From: Lama guanicoe
Lineage: Eukaryota
Assembly: GCA_013239625.1 (NCBI GenBank)
Contig: MU054391.1
Location: forward strand, 2,261,130 to 2,325,129
DNA: 64,000 bases
Direction of reading: 5' to 3'
Positions 1 through 13,006 of this stretch are shown here, piece by piece; within the stretch, counting starts at the first letter, position 1; the number at the start of each line of letters is the position of its first letter. The notes beneath the pieces were generated by a model. It searched no databases. It worked only from the letters and a program-made list of their open reading frames with translations, and was not told where the DNA came from. The position numbers were made by a program, and so were the translations under genes.

Positions 1-509
1 ACTTGAGCGTATAAGGCAGGTGGATGATGGCTGGGCACCTCGGAGTGACAGGGTCATGGAGACAGAGAACAAAGGAATCCGAGTTGAAACAGAAAACCTT
101 GAGGCCACCTGACACACGTGAAGAACGTGAGATTCCAAATGGCTGGAGCTCAGGCGCTCACTCCCAAGGCGTCCCGTGCGCCCTCGTCGTCAGCCTGAAT
201 CATCCAGGGAGCCAGGGGAGGGACTTCACTGCCGACTAAGCTCCTCAGACTTGTGCTGTTTAGAAAACCCGTTACTCATCGTGTTTCGGCCAGGGGCTGT
301 CACTCCAACCATGATCAACACCGAATTCCACCTGAGCTCCACTGATTTCCGTAAATGTCAACACACCAAGTATATTATAAGTGCCAGTTAAATCGCCTCA
401 CCAGAGTGCTGGTTTCTCACGCGGGTGCGAAGCACGGACACCTATTTTCACAAAGCAGAAGTGCTTTCTTTGATAAGTGGAAAGGACTAAGCTCCTTCAG
501 CTCCCCTAG

Positions 510-700
510 GAGGCGGCTTCCCAGTGCGCCGGTGCAGAGGCAGTGAGCACACGTTCGTCAGCAGCGCTCCGCGGCGGGCCTGGCCGCTCAGCGTGCTGTC
601 CTCCGCTCTGTGCCCCGAAGCTCCCGGCGGCGGTCACGTCGCGGCTCCTCCGCACTGCGCGCGTTCAGCGCCGACCGTCAGGCGGGCCTGGCAGCTTTGT
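510..700. promoter_or_regulatory. Small CpG-rich patch
   Basis: Dense CpGs (ccgcggcggg, cggcggcggtcacgtcgcgg, gcgcgcg) between AT-rich flanks; short for a classical CpG island. Confidence 0.4.
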
Positions 701-1068
701 GTCTTCTATTCCCCTTGATGCCCACAAAGTTGTTCCTTATTAGTCAATTTCATAAGCCGCTTTATGCCATATGTTAAGATTGTTTATGTCATCTCCTTTA
801 TTAAAAAAAAATCAGCCCTGGGAAGAGGGCTTAAGTCTACATTTACTCATAATGCACACCGATTCAGGAGTTATTTGATTAAAAAATGGATAAATCAATA
901 AATAAGAATAGCTAAAAATAAACAAAATAGCCAATGAAATTTCTGCAGTCTTACTGCGAAAATGTTTTCGAGTCAAACTACCAAAATATTTTATTTTATT
1001 CATTAATTTTTTTTTCTGAGAAGATATATAGAAACAAAAACACACAGCTGTGAAGACCTTCACTCTTC

Positions 1069-1408
1069 TATCTTAGCCTGTTCAGGGCACTTCAACAGAA
1101 ATGTCATAGACTAGGTGATTTTAAATAACAAGCACTCATTTCTCTCAGTTCCGGGAGCTGGGAAGTCCAAGACCAAGGAGCTGAGATGCTCTGCGTCTGG
1201 TGAGGTCTCTCCTGGTTCACAGATGCCGTCCTGCCGCTGTGCCCTCAGTGGTAGGAGGGGCAGGGAGAGAGCACTAATCACATGATGGGGGCTCCACCCT
1301 CAGGACTTATAATTTCCTCCCAAAGGATCCCCCTCCTAATACCATTATCTTGAAAGTTAGGGTTTTCTATATGAATTTTGAGGGGTCACAAACTTCGGGT
1401 CCACTGCA
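1069..1408 (-). mobile_element. MaLR solo LTR, MLT1A/MLT1A0-like
   Basis: Colinear with recalled antisense consensus: tcttag..catagact..gctgggaagtccaag..gcactaatc..ggctccaccctc..cctcccaaagg..ctcctaataccat..tatgaattttg..cacaaac. Confidence 0.85.
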
Positions 1409-1589
1409 ACCTCCACGTAGTCTTTCTTTCTAAGGTAAGATTTATACACAGTGAAGAGCACACGTTCCCATGTGCCGCTTAATGACTTCACACAACATAG
1501 AACGTACTTCCATCCAGAAAGGTCCCTGGTTTCCTGTTTCTATCTTTTTTCCTAGAAGCCACTACTGTCTGACTTTCTTTCTAGGACTT

Positions 1590-1836
1590 TGTACCAGTTT
1601 CTCAGGCTGCCGCAACCACGAACCTCAGACTAGGGGGCTCACACGCAGACCTCTACTGTCTCAAAGTTCTGGAGGCTGGGTGTCCAAGAGCGAGGTGTCG
1701 GCAGGGCTGGTGTCTCCCGAGGCCCATCTCCTTGGGGTGCGGAGGGAAGGTCAGCTTCCTGCTGTGTCCTCGGGCGGCCTTCCCGCTGTGCGTGAATCCC
1801 TGAGTCTCTCTGTGTCAATGTCCTCGATTATAAGGC
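1590..1836 (-). mobile_element. MaLR LTR fragment, MLT1B/C-like
   Basis: agttctggaggct..gtccaag..aggtgtcggcagggctggt..gaggcc..gctgtgtcctc..ttataagg motifs in consensus order. Confidence 0.75.
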
Positions 1837-2089
1837 AGGTCCCGTCAGGAGTTAGGGTTAACAAGGCCAAGAGTCCCAGGACAGTGCTTTGCGAGAATTT
1901 TGCACTGGGAAGAAGTGGGCTTGCCCTTTTCTGCGTCATAATTCTGTGCAGTGGATTTTGGCATGGAAGTTTTGACGTTAAAAACAAACAAATGCTTCCT
2001 TCTGCTCATGCAGATATGGTGAGGGTCCAAGTATCTAATAAATGCAATTATTATGTTTAAACAAAGCCCAAAATTGCAAATGATATTTG

Positions 2090-2600
2090 TGAACTTTCTG
2101 AAACTCCTTATATTTTAATATGTGGATTACAGATGGCCGTGAGCATTTGAAATGATCTTGGTAAGCTTCTAATATCTGTCGACAACTTTTCCCCCAGGAA
2201 GGCATGCACATTGTTTTGATGGCCTCGCCAGCAGGGATGGTAGCATCTGTCCTGATGCACCTTCTGTGCTGTTGGCTGAGAGCATTTTGTTATTGATGAG
2301 TTAAGGAGGATTTTATACACTGACCACTTGTACTTCCTTTTTTATCGTAAACTGGCTGTATATCTCATTGGTCCATTTTTTATTAGCATTTTTTGTTTTC
2401 TTTTTAGAGCTATTCATTTAAAATATTCTCCCTCTGAACACTTGCTGCAAATATTTCCCAGATCTTCCTTGTTTGGTTACGTTGCTTCTATTAAGTGACT
2501 TTTATTTTTGCTTTTACTTTGAAATCTGTATGGTCATTCTGTTTCCCTTTGGGACTTCACCCATCGTTTTATGCTTAGCAATGCTGTCCTTTTCCTGATG
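2090..2600 (-). mobile_element. Highly decayed L1M/L1ME fragment
   Basis: T-rich antisense L1-like tracts (gtccattttttatt, tgctgcaaatatttccca, tatgcttag). Confidence 0.4.
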
Positions 2601-4999
2601 CGACTTGCTTAATAAGACCTCAATGGATGGTCTGGGTTCATACTGAAAGAAGCAAGAAGAACTTTAAAAAGAATGATATTACTGAGGAAATAGTATTTTT
2701 TAGACCCATCTTGATGATTTAATTATTCATCATTTTTGAGACCTAACTTTTATTATCAAATTCAACTGTAACACACTAAATGGGAAGGTTGTTATGTTAA
2801 GATAAAGATGCTCTGAGAGACTTACTCTTTATAGCTTTTAGATGCTGCATTTTTAATATAAAGTAGAGGTGAAGGATTTGCAACAGACAGTGCCAACTCA
2901 GAGTTCCTATACGTGGTCCATTTAGATGGAAGCCATAGCAGTAATGCTATATTCTATCCTTCTTAGAGTTTATCAATATTATGCAGCTGTTGTGTCTCTT
3001 AAAGAAAATGCCAAGAAGAAATAATGAGGCTGTATGAAACTCAAAGTAAAAACTTTCAAGGCAAAGCCACAGAGCTAAGGAAGAGCAGAAAGAAAGAGCC
3101 AGAGCTACAGCAAGGCTTCCTGCTCATTTACATAACATTACCCTAAATGCGTTGCATCACATTTTTCTTTGAACAACTGCCCTCTTTGGAATACGCCCCA
3201 AACCAAGTCTGTTTCTTTCGGGATCTGGCTCCACACCGATAAGTTCCAAGTACAGAGTGTGTGACTGCAATTCCTGACTCACTCTGAGCTTGAACTAAAG
3301 GCGTCTTTGATTGGCATGAATGCGTTGCCAAGTGAGGAGACCCCACTCACACGGAAAGGGAAAAAAAATGGGCCAGGCCTCTTCATTCTTGAAAAAACAT
3401 ACTGTTCAATTCATGTAAAGGCAAGTTAATTTCAGAAAGGTTTACTTCTGTTTTCTTGAGATAACAAGATGTGAAGCATTTGCTTAAACTCAGACTGTTG
3501 ATAAAATTCTTCAGACGTTATCATCATTGACTGCATGCTTCAGACACGTGACATGTTCAAACAGAATGCTATTTTGGTAATTCGTTCAACTCATCCTTGC
3601 TGTACCTTCCTGGAGCATGAATGGCATCTTCCACGTCTATCTGCGCTTAGAGAAAAATTCCTTAAGTTTCGCTGAATCTTTCCTTGTTTAAGATAATGGG
3701 AAATCCTGGGAAGGTACTTTTGGTTGCCCAGGAAATAATGATTCTTCTAGCCTCTCAGAAATTAGAACATGCATTAAAAATGCATTTCCCATGTGTTAAC
3801 CTAGCTCCGTGTTAATACACGTTAATTTTTTCTCCGTAACTATCATATAAATAACCAAACACTGCCAGGTCTGAGTTAAAAAAAAAGTTTCAGAAAGGTG
3901 GTTTCATATCCATATGCATCAAGTATTTGCATGAAGTATTCACTATCTTTAGTATCACCGCACAAATGAAAATTCATAGAACTTCTGATTTTAATGTGTT
4001 TTGAACTATAATACTTTTACATGAAGTAAAAATCATGAACATGTGCCTCATCCTTTAGATTCTAAATAAGTACTTGGTTTAGGTTTTGATTGTAAAGTTA
4101 TTGAATAAACAGATTAACAGGAAAATGTAATCTCCAGTTCAGATTACTCATACTAGGTAGAATGGACTAAGTGTGTAACAGAGAAATTTAGGGCATGTGA
4201 AAATCAGTGTTACTTTAATAGCAGCTGGTAAATTATGGAACCAGTTTCGACTAAGGGCCATCTTTTATTTTCTCTGTCCTTCTCTTTGGTTTTCTTTTCC
4301 TGTAAGGATGAACAGTACCATAAAATCTAACATTTGATTTTGGAGTTTAAGGAAAAGCCCTGTGTTTCCTCATCTAAACATATTAGAGAATTCCTTTTAT
4401 GGACTCATAAGAAAATGGAACTTTGTTCCCACGTGGATTCTCTTTTCCAGAATACAGATCCTTTGAAAACTATGAATGCAAAATGTCAAGTGGCAGGGCA
4501 GATTTGGAACTTTGTGTTTGTTTTTTTTTTCCCTCTTTAGTCCCTGGTCATAGTAACAGAGGGAGTACTAGATGTGTCTTTCTCACATTTGAGGAACTGT
4601 ATATTTAAGCATAAATTTATCTGGGTGTGTTTCCTGATTTAAGATAGCCTGGTGTTTGAGATACTGTCTTTACAAAATAGGTTGGTAATGCTACTGCAAG
4701 GGAATTTTGACGCACTAAAACAACCGCATAAAATTTTCTCTGAAGTCCTTTGAAGTCTCTCCTAAGGCATTTGCAGCTCCTTGTCCACCTGCACTGTAGA
4801 CTCATTTCTGACAATGGACATTCACCTCCTAGAGTGTTATAAGGTGAACTTCACATCATAAGGTTTAAATAAATGTCCATTGAATGAATGATAAAGATCG
4901 TAGAAACTATGGATGTTTCTAATTATTTCAATGTCTATTTACTAACTGTTAATTCTGCTGTACTTTTATAGATAATGTGTAGTATACTATCAAAAACTG

Positions 5000-6350
5000 T
5001 AAGAAATATAAAGGAGAAGATACTGTAGCTCGTGGTCAAGAGAAAAATCCATGAATCAGCAAGTCAGAGCTCAAAATGACCTGCACGTTAAAGAGACTGA
5101 TAAAATGAGTGAAGAAATGAGGACCTTAAGGAGAGATTTGGAGACTGCCTGAAAGATTCAAATTGCCACCCTAGCAAGATGGAGCAAAAAAATAATTGAA
5201 AGAATCTTGGCTGGAATTTTCCAAGTGTATTAAAAAAAAACAGCAACCTGCTGATTTACAGTAACTGGTAAAATTCCAAAAGCATGCCAAAGATAGAGGA
5301 AGGCATAATTTCAAAAACAATGTCAAGAAGAAGAGGAAACAGTTATGAAATTGTGGTTCCCTGGCCTGAGGGCACGTCCCAATCCATAGAGCTGTGGGGT
5401 GCGTGTGTGCGTGTATGCGTGTGTGTGTCGGAGGAGTCGGGTGTTAAAACCTTGCCAACAAAATGTATGAAAGATCACAGTTCTGCATTAGCAAAGCATA
5501 AAGTAATTTAAATGTTTAGAGGAGAAATCCTGGCAGTCCAAGAACTACAGGAGTGAGAACCAGATGTAAAGCATTAACTCCCCAATTGTCTGAATGAAAG
5601 TTAAATTGAGTGTTCCTTGCAGGAGACCCCAGGAAATATGACAAATAAGCAGGCAGAGGTTAGAGAAATCTACTCTGGAAAAGCAAAGTTAGAGCTAGGG
5701 CCGTGATTCCATGTTTTTCTTACCAGAGCTCATCCCCTCACTATGCACAATCAGGTGACAGACCCTGCCACGCCAGGGTACAGATTTAAAAGTTGGAAAT
5801 TAGGGGAAAGTCCCTGAGAGCAAGGGAGCCCCAGAGGAGGTGATCCACAGCTCCACCCAAGTTCTTGGGTGACTGACCAGTTTCACAAGTACAGAGAAGG
5901 TTCGCAGTGAAGCAATATAAAAAATCAACTGAGGAACCTCTAAGAGCAGAGCACAGATACAAGCAGTTGCAAATTTTGGGGTGACAAAGTTAAATATTAG
6001 AACAAAAATAATAATAATTCTCAGAATAACACAAAAAGCCCAGAAGTACAATAATATATTATCTTTAATATCCACTTTTCAAAGGAAAGTGACTGGCATG
6101 CAAAGAAACAGTGTGAGACGTAGCAAAGATAAAAAATGTGTCAGTAGAGACTGAAGTTAGTCGGGCCCCGAAGTAGTACTTAGTAGACAGACACTTCAAA
6201 TGAGCTATTAAACATACATTCACGAAATTAAATAGAATACACTCAATGGATTAAAGGAAAATAAGACACCAATTAATGAACAGATAGGAGAAATCAGTTA
6301 TGTAAATGGTCATTCCCGAGCTGAAAAGTGCAAAAAAAAAAGAATTTAAT
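5000..6350 (+). mobile_element. Decayed ancient L1 5'/ORF1-region fragments
   Basis: A-rich strand bias with L1 ORF1-like motifs (gactggcatgcaaagaaacag, agacagacacttcaaatgagctatta, attcccgagctgaaaagt). Confidence 0.5.
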
Positions 6351-6369
6351 TTTTTTCCACTTGATCTCA

Positions 6370-6765
6370 ACACCAGAAATAGATGCATACAAATGTAACT
6401 GAGTTTTGCAAAAGATGAAAAGGAAGTTCAGTGGCGTGAGGTTAGCTTTTCCAACGAATGATTCGACAGCAGTCAGGTGTCCGTATGCAAATGAATACAT
6501 GCATATATACATAAAGCAGCCTAGTGCAGAGCTGTAGCGCGTACAGGTGTTAACTAAGGGCTAATCACAGTATCGACGTGCGATGTAAAACTAGAAAACT
6601 TCCAGAGGAAAACAGGAGAAAGGTGTATGACCTCGGACAGGCAATGAGCTTTTAGGTAATACACCGAAAGGATAATCCACAAAAGAAAAATAATGGACAG
6701 ATTGGATTTTATGAAAACTCAACACTTTTACTCTGTAAAGCACGCTGAAGAAACGTTTACAAAAC
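6370..6765 (+). mobile_element. Ancient L1M ORF2 3' fragment
   Basis: aaaacttccagaggaaaacaggagaaa..tgacctcggacaggcaatgag..atccacaaaagaaaaa..attggatttt..aaacacttttactctgtaaa match L1 ORF2 C-terminal coding DNA; no intact frame. Confidence 0.75.
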
Positions 6766-7216
6766 CCCCACACTCAGGTCCCTCTGAAGTAGCCCCTGCC
6801 CCGGCCGAGCCATGGGACATGCAGCTGTCCAGATCAGGAGTTCGTCCAGAGGAATGACATGAAAAGACACATTGACATTCTTCGATTTTTACCACAGCAC
6901 TCAGCCATCCTTCCCAGGAAAGAGGTTGAAGTTGCAGGAAACAGACATGCTGTAAGTTCCAGAATAGCCTTAATTTGACTTTTTTTCCAAACGGAAGGGC
7001 AAAAGAGGGGGTAAGAACCATGGATTATCGTATAAAGAGTCAGGAGAGTGGAAGTTTAACTACCCAGTTGTTCCAGAAGCGAGACCACAAATTCTGAGAG
7101 AGCAGCACTGTCACCAGATAAAAGAGCTGCACTGAGCCATTTGAGAATGTGGCTTTGTGACACGAGACTTGCGACAGTAACCTCTGGTCCAGAAGGACTG
7201 AGACCCGGTCAAGGTG

Positions 7217-7234
7217 AACGCCCCCTAGGGGCGC
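7217..7234 (-). promoter_or_regulatory. CTCF-like motif
   Basis: Minus strand CCCCTAGGGGGCGT versus core CCACTAGGGGGCGC. Confidence 0.4.
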
Positions 7235-9285
7235 ACTCAGGGTGCGGACCTGGTGCTTGGGGCTCTGAGGGGTGGGCTCCCCCCTCTGTTCCGTCTCTTC
7301 CCACTGGGGCGCGGGCACCCTTCCCTCTTCCGAGGCCCATGTTACCTGGTGGCAGGAGCGGGAGATCAGTGGCCACTGCTTTTGGTACAACAGCCTTCCT
7401 GTCACAGGAATCCCTCCGGTCACTCTACAGAGAGGGCATCGCCAGTCTTCTCATCTCACTTAACCCCCTGTACAAGCTGGCGCCATTCGTGCTCCCCTGC
7501 TCACCGCTGTGCTTTCTTGCTTACCTGACATGACATAACAGGCGCTGACCCCACACGGGTGAGTCAGGAAGGTCTCTGGTACATCTGCCTGCACCTGGCT
7601 CTGAGGTCTGAGTCCCAGGGCCAGTCTGCTTTGTGTCCTGACACTGTCTTGGTCAAGTCACGCCTCGCTGGCCTCAGCAACGGTGCCAGCGAGGCCATCA
7701 CGGATGAGATGGGAGGACTTGCACACACGCGCACACACACCCTGCACACCCAGTGACAGCATGCCTGGTGCTTAGCAAATCCAGGAGTGATGTAGTCTTT
7801 ACTTAGTATGCTTTAAAAACTTTTACCTAATTATGAACTAAAGAGTCATCAAATACAGCCTAAAAAGTGTATTAAACAAATACTAAAATGTACTCATAAT
7901 CCTTTCATCCAAAAATAACCAAAGGACAATTTGGTTCTATTCCTTTGTGTGTATAGTTCCCTATATTAACACATAATAGCCACCTTTTAAAATGACTGTT
8001 ACTCTATCAAGCAAATGTTGCATGGTTTGCGTAACCAATTCTCTGTTGATAAACATTGCCTGTTTATGCGCTGTGGCTGTCTTACTTAGTGTGATGTCAA
8101 ACAGCCTCGATAAATCTTCAATTATATCTTCAACTATTTCCTTATTTACCTAATGCTAGCAGGATGCGAGTGAGTGTCAGTTTGGGATCTTTGTGTCATA
8201 TTCCTGATCTACGTATCATCAGAGGAAATTATTCTAATGGACTTAAATATGTATTTGTTTTAAAAAATTAAGGTAAAATTACAGCAAAAATAATAAAACG
8301 TAGCTATTGCTTTTGTAGGTATCTTATAAGTATATTCTCAAATAAAACCTTAGCTGCTAAACAGACTGACTTTTCACACATCGATCACAGGTGTTTACTC
8401 AGCACCACTGTGTGTCACAGCTGCTCATCACTGAAGAATCTCTCTCCTCCATATGTGGATTTACCCTCTACCTCAACCCCAACTGCCTTGCTCCCTCCCA
8501 GCAGGTAGCTTAGGGTTCTCAGTCCAAATTTGGAGTAGGAATCTGACATCTTGAAGTGTGTAGGTAGATGAGGAAGGTCTGGATAGTGAAAACACAAAAG
8601 TAGTCAAGATAATTGCCCTTCTATTTGCCTATTTCATTTCCTCTGTAATTCCTTAATTATGAAAGCAGTGGGGCAGATGACAAAGGACCAGGCTAAACGT
8701 CTTCCTGAAGAGCTTACGTGGGCGCTAGTGCAGGTGTAGCCGAGGGCAGGGGTGAAGGGTGCAGCATGCGGAGGCGCACTGAGAAAATCCAATCTCACCT
8801 TTCCACCCAGACTCCTTAAATTAATACTGCCCCTCAAAGTAAGACAAATACAATGAATGTCTCCTAAAGTGAATCATAGGGACAATGCAGGTATATATTA
8901 GAAATCAGAAGAACTGGATGCTTGTCTTAGATTGAGGCAACAAAATCCACGGAGTGACCACTCTGGACAGTGAGGAGACGCTTTTGCTGAAGGTGGTGGC
9001 TGCCATGAATGTCACGTCTGGAGATGTGACTGAAAGTCTCCTGACGGGTGTGGCTACTCAGTGAGTCACAGAATCTGGGAGGCGGGGAGAACACAGACAC
9101 GAGCTAGCCTCTCCTCATGATTCTGCAGGTTCTGAAGCTGAGTCAGGGAGGAGACGCTTCTCTTCCACGTCACAAATCCAGTTAACAGCAAGCAAGAAAC
9201 AAATCCGAGTCTCTGCTTACGGGGTATGTACCCTGTCTGCACCACCTGCATGTTATCGCTGCCTTTCCATGAAGTGCACACTAAC

Positions 9286-9520
9286 CTCGCTGTGCTGGTT
9301 ATGTTTTTCTCGCTGTGTATCAAATCGTCACAAGCACAGCGGTTTCAGCAATTTTGCATTTATTGTCTTTGATAGTCTCCTTTCTGATTAATTCAAAGTC
9401 AGTTGATTAGTGGCTGTAATGGCATCTGTAAACCCCATTTTCCGTGTAATGTAACATAATCACTGGTGTGAAGCTCATCAGATGGGGTGCAGAATCGAGG
9501 CAGGCTGTTCTGCATTCTCT
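9286..9520 (-). other. Candidate non-coding second exon of a minus-strand transcript
   Basis: Minus strand: pyrimidine tract cttttcttctttcttttttt, acceptor gatag|AGAG at 9521/9520, donor GAG|gttagt at 9286/9285; stops in all three frames. Confidence 0.3.
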
Positions 9521-9574
9521 CTATCATATTTAAAAAATAGTTTAACTTTTGTCAAAAAAAGAAAGAAGAAAAGT

Positions 9575-10230
9575 AACCGCCGACGCCGAGTCGCTCTGTC
9601 GCAGTTCGGCCCGTTTGCTGACTGAAGGGCGCTGCAGGCGGGAGCGCCCTGGGAGACAGCGCGCCCCTTGCTGGTCTCCATCCAACAGGCAGCTGCGCCC
9701 ACGCCCGCGGCTCGCTGTCAGCCGGCTCCACACGGCAGGGCCCCCTTTGGCTGCACGGTGACCGGTGGGGGAACGCGTCTCAGCAAAGGGACACTTTTTC
9801 CAAGACGGAGTCCCTTTATGAACCAAGCACGTTTCCGCGATGGCCTGGAGGACTGGTGCGCTCCTGGAGCTGGGGACCGCGGGGGGCTGCGGGACGGCAC
9901 CGGGGCCGGTCTAGTGGCAGACGTGACGCGGCGCCGTTGTTAGCACCGTCACCGCTGGCACGCAGCACCGTCACGGCTGCCACCGCCGCTAGCACCGTGA
10001 GAAGCAGCTCCCGTACCTGCCGCGCTCCGAAAAGAGCGCAAACCCCCCCGGGGAGCCGCGCACGGGCGCTGCCCGCTCGGCCGGGCCCCGCTCCCGCAGG
10101 CGGCGGTGCTGACGCGCGGAGGCGGCGGGAAGGACAGCGCGCGCCCGCACCGTCACGGGCACGGCCGGCCGAGCGGCCCGCCGGGGTCAGGGCGAAGGCG
10201 CGCCGAGTCTCTGCTCCGCATCTCACGGCT
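9575..10230. promoter_or_regulatory. CpG island, probable promoter/first exon
   Basis: About 650 bp, very GC- and CpG-rich, sharp AT-rich boundaries; GTGACG/TGACG half-CRE sites; minus-strand donor CAG|gtacgg at 10017/10016. Confidence 0.8.
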
Positions 10231-11399
10231 TCTGTAAAATGAGTGATACAAAGAAACAGCATTCCTACCTTTTTTTTTTTTTTAAATTTCTGAGTAGGAG
10301 AGAGCTCTTAAGCCAAAAGCAGAATCCCAGTTCCCTGGGCTTAAGTTTCAATTTGAAAAGCGATTTCAGTTTTCCTCTTCTTAGACTTTTAAAGGCTTGT
10401 TGAGGGTTCTCTTCCTATCTAAATAATGTGTTTTTTAAAAATAATTTTTTATCTTTATTTTTTTGAAACATGTTCATTTTAAATATTAAGTAATACAGAT
10501 TGTGCCAAAGCTTAAAACATCACGTAAAATCTCCCAGAAATGACCAGCAGGTTCATACCTTTTCTCTCTGAACGTAAGAAGAATGAGAGGGTGGGAGAAC
10601 ACACAGCAAGAAGTACACTGAAAAGTGTGCGATCATACTCCGTAGGTTAGATTTTTAAAGTCATTTAAATAAGATTTCAGTTTAACAGGAGAAAAGTCAA
10701 ACAATTGGAAACAGAAGTCATTGCTAAGATTTATAAATACAGTTCTCATTATAAGACAGCGCTCCGTTGTTATTATAATTCACCGTTTTGACTTTTCAAG
10801 TTTTATAATATCTGACTTAGCATCTCCACTGCCGACCTCCATGGCTGCTGCTCTTACGTGTAGATTTAAATGTATTCTGTGCCTGCCTTCTGGCTTGCAC
10901 CTCTTTATTTCTTATTCTGATTCATCTCATTCACTGTCCTGTCCCACTGTCCACTGGGCTCCAGGAAGGGCGCCCAGGACGTGGCGTGTGGGGGTCTAGT
11001 CCTCTGACGTCAGGAACTCAAATCCCAGCCTTGTTTAGATGTTTCTAATGTGTCTGTTTGTCCTGCTTTGATGCTGCCCCATCCTCATTTTGTTGCTTTT
11101 TTTTTTCTGCCTGACAGCATCTTTTTGCTAAACTCACTCCGGTGACTTGACGGTCTCGTTAAGTTTTCTACAGGGAGAACTTTGAGGAGCGTCCCTGCCC
11201 CACTTGGGGTATTTTTTCCTTTCTCCCTCACCCCATCCTGTGCCCTCCCGAGTGCTCTTATCTGTTTCGTCTCCAGCCAGCGTGCATGATGGTCACTTGA
11301 CTCTTCTAGCCTTGCTGACCCTTCCTTTGATAGGGCCCGGTTCCCGCTTTCTTCATCATTTTTTTGTTCCCTTTCAGTAACTGTTTTGTGTATATATGC

Positions 11400-11685
11400 A
11401 CATTTAGTGAAGTAGAGTCAGTGTACAGTGTTGTGTCAAGTTCTGGTGCACAGCACAGTGCTTCCATCACATGTGAACATGTTCGTTTTCATATTCTTTT
11501 CACCATAAGTTACTACGAGATCTTGAATATAGTTCCCTGTGCTGTACAGTATGAACTTATTGTTTATCTATTTTATACATAGTAGTCAGTATCTGTAAAT
11601 CTCAAACGCCCAATTTATCCCTTCCCACCCCTTGCCCCCCAGTAACCACAGGTTTGTTTTCTGCGTCTGTGAGTCTGTTTCCGTT
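11400..11685 (-). mobile_element. 5'-truncated camelid-type L1 3' end
   Basis: gaagtagagtcagtgtacagtgttgtgtcaagttctggtgcacagc..atagttccctgtgctgtacagta..tctgtgagtctgtttc; reverse-complement homologue of 52630-52912. Confidence 0.9.
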
Positions 11686-12394
11686 GCGTGTGCCCTTGAA
11701 GGTAAGGGGTCTAGGCTGGAGCTCAGAGCAGCAACTCTTCATACCATAGCTCTACTCTTATTCTCCTGAGATTTTGTTCAATATATATTGTCGAAATTCA
11801 ATATTCAGAATTGTGAGTGCAGCCTACAGCCATGAGATAACACCTGCAGAACTTTGATTATGTCCAATTTCAGCCACACACCCTGGTGAAGAATGAGGCT
11901 TTCAGGTGGTTCCCGCCCCGTCTGAACTTCTGAAGGTAAAAGTTTGATGCTCGAGATCTTCCTCTTCTTGTCCCCCCCCACCCGCTCCTCCTCTGTCCTC
12001 CAGCCTGGCTATTCACGCCTCTGTGTGCTGTTCCCCACGGGTGCAGTTGTACCAAAGTTCAAGATTTTTACATTTACTCTTTCTGGCAGAATGGCTTTTT
12101 AGGAATGGGGAAAGGAAGAAATCACGCTGAGCCATGCCAGAATGGTTTCTTTTCCTTGGCAGGGTTTGTTCTAGAGATTGTTGTTTTTCTGACCCCCACC
12201 CCGACCCCCTGCTTTTGCTTATAGTGTTTCACTGGGTCTTATTGTTTTTTGTTCATTTTTTTAGGTATCAGGGCAGGGGATGCAATGGTATAGGTCCCTT
12301 CAACCAATTCACCTAAAACAATGTCTGAATGATTATTGTTTTAAAAATATTCTCTTTAGTTGGAGACTTCTTTGTAAAGACATAAGTTTAAGGA

Positions 12395-12520
12395 GAAAGA
12401 TGAGATCTAGGATTCTTTAGGATTAATTGCAACCTGGTTATGTCACCTAAGGTAAGTCACCTCGCCTCTCTGGGCTTCTGCCTCCTCATTTATAAAAAGA
12501 CGGGGGTCTGGTTATGTTCT
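12395..12520 (+). mobile_element. MIR SINE fragment
   Basis: Core-like aagtcacctcgcctctctgggcttctgcctcctcatttataaaa. Confidence 0.65.
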
Positions 12521-13006
12521 CTCTGCCGTTCACGTTCTATGTCTCTGCACTGCCGTGACTCTGTATGAAACGATGTTTCTCTTGCACTCTGTACAATGAG
12601 TCTGTAAAAATGGCTTCAGTTACAGAAGGTCTGAAATGTCCAGAAGAGTTTGCAAAGGGTTTGAAGAAACCAGATTTTAATCTTTTCTATTTAAATGAAA
12701 TATTCTTGCCTCATGTGCCCTTTTAAAAATAAACAAATAGACTCCATTTCCATATGGTATTTCATGATCTTTTCCCTTCATCTTTGCCTGACAACAGTTT
12801 GATGAACACGGCACCAAGTCCGCGTATCGGTGTAGTGGCCCAGCTGCCCACCTCTGCTCTGTTCTCCATTGTGCTGGATAATCTAAAGAATGTGCTAATT
12901 CCTTCTTCATGTATTTTTTCCTTTTACCCTAAAGTAGTTGCTTTTTTTGGTGCAAATATCAATCTAGCCTAGTTTTCCTATCAAAAATATTCTTGTTGGT
13001 AGCATG

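Noticed and set aside
1470..2060. 196-aa + strand ORF
   Set aside because: Runs through an MLT1 LTR fragment; chance ORF.
3600..3706. Exon-like minus-strand segment ending GAAG|gtacag
   Set aside because: Weak donor and unrecognisable translations.
9395..9490. Minus-strand CTGATGAG...GAAA (hammerhead-like core) and possible C/D-box snoRNA boxes
   Set aside because: No stem II closing pair before GAAA and no stem III/NUH; the C box is imperfect and has no convincing terminal stem with the downstream CTGA.
9542..10262. Overlapping ORFs of 60-148 aa on both strands
   Set aside because: Stop-codon depletion in GC-rich DNA; no homology recognised.
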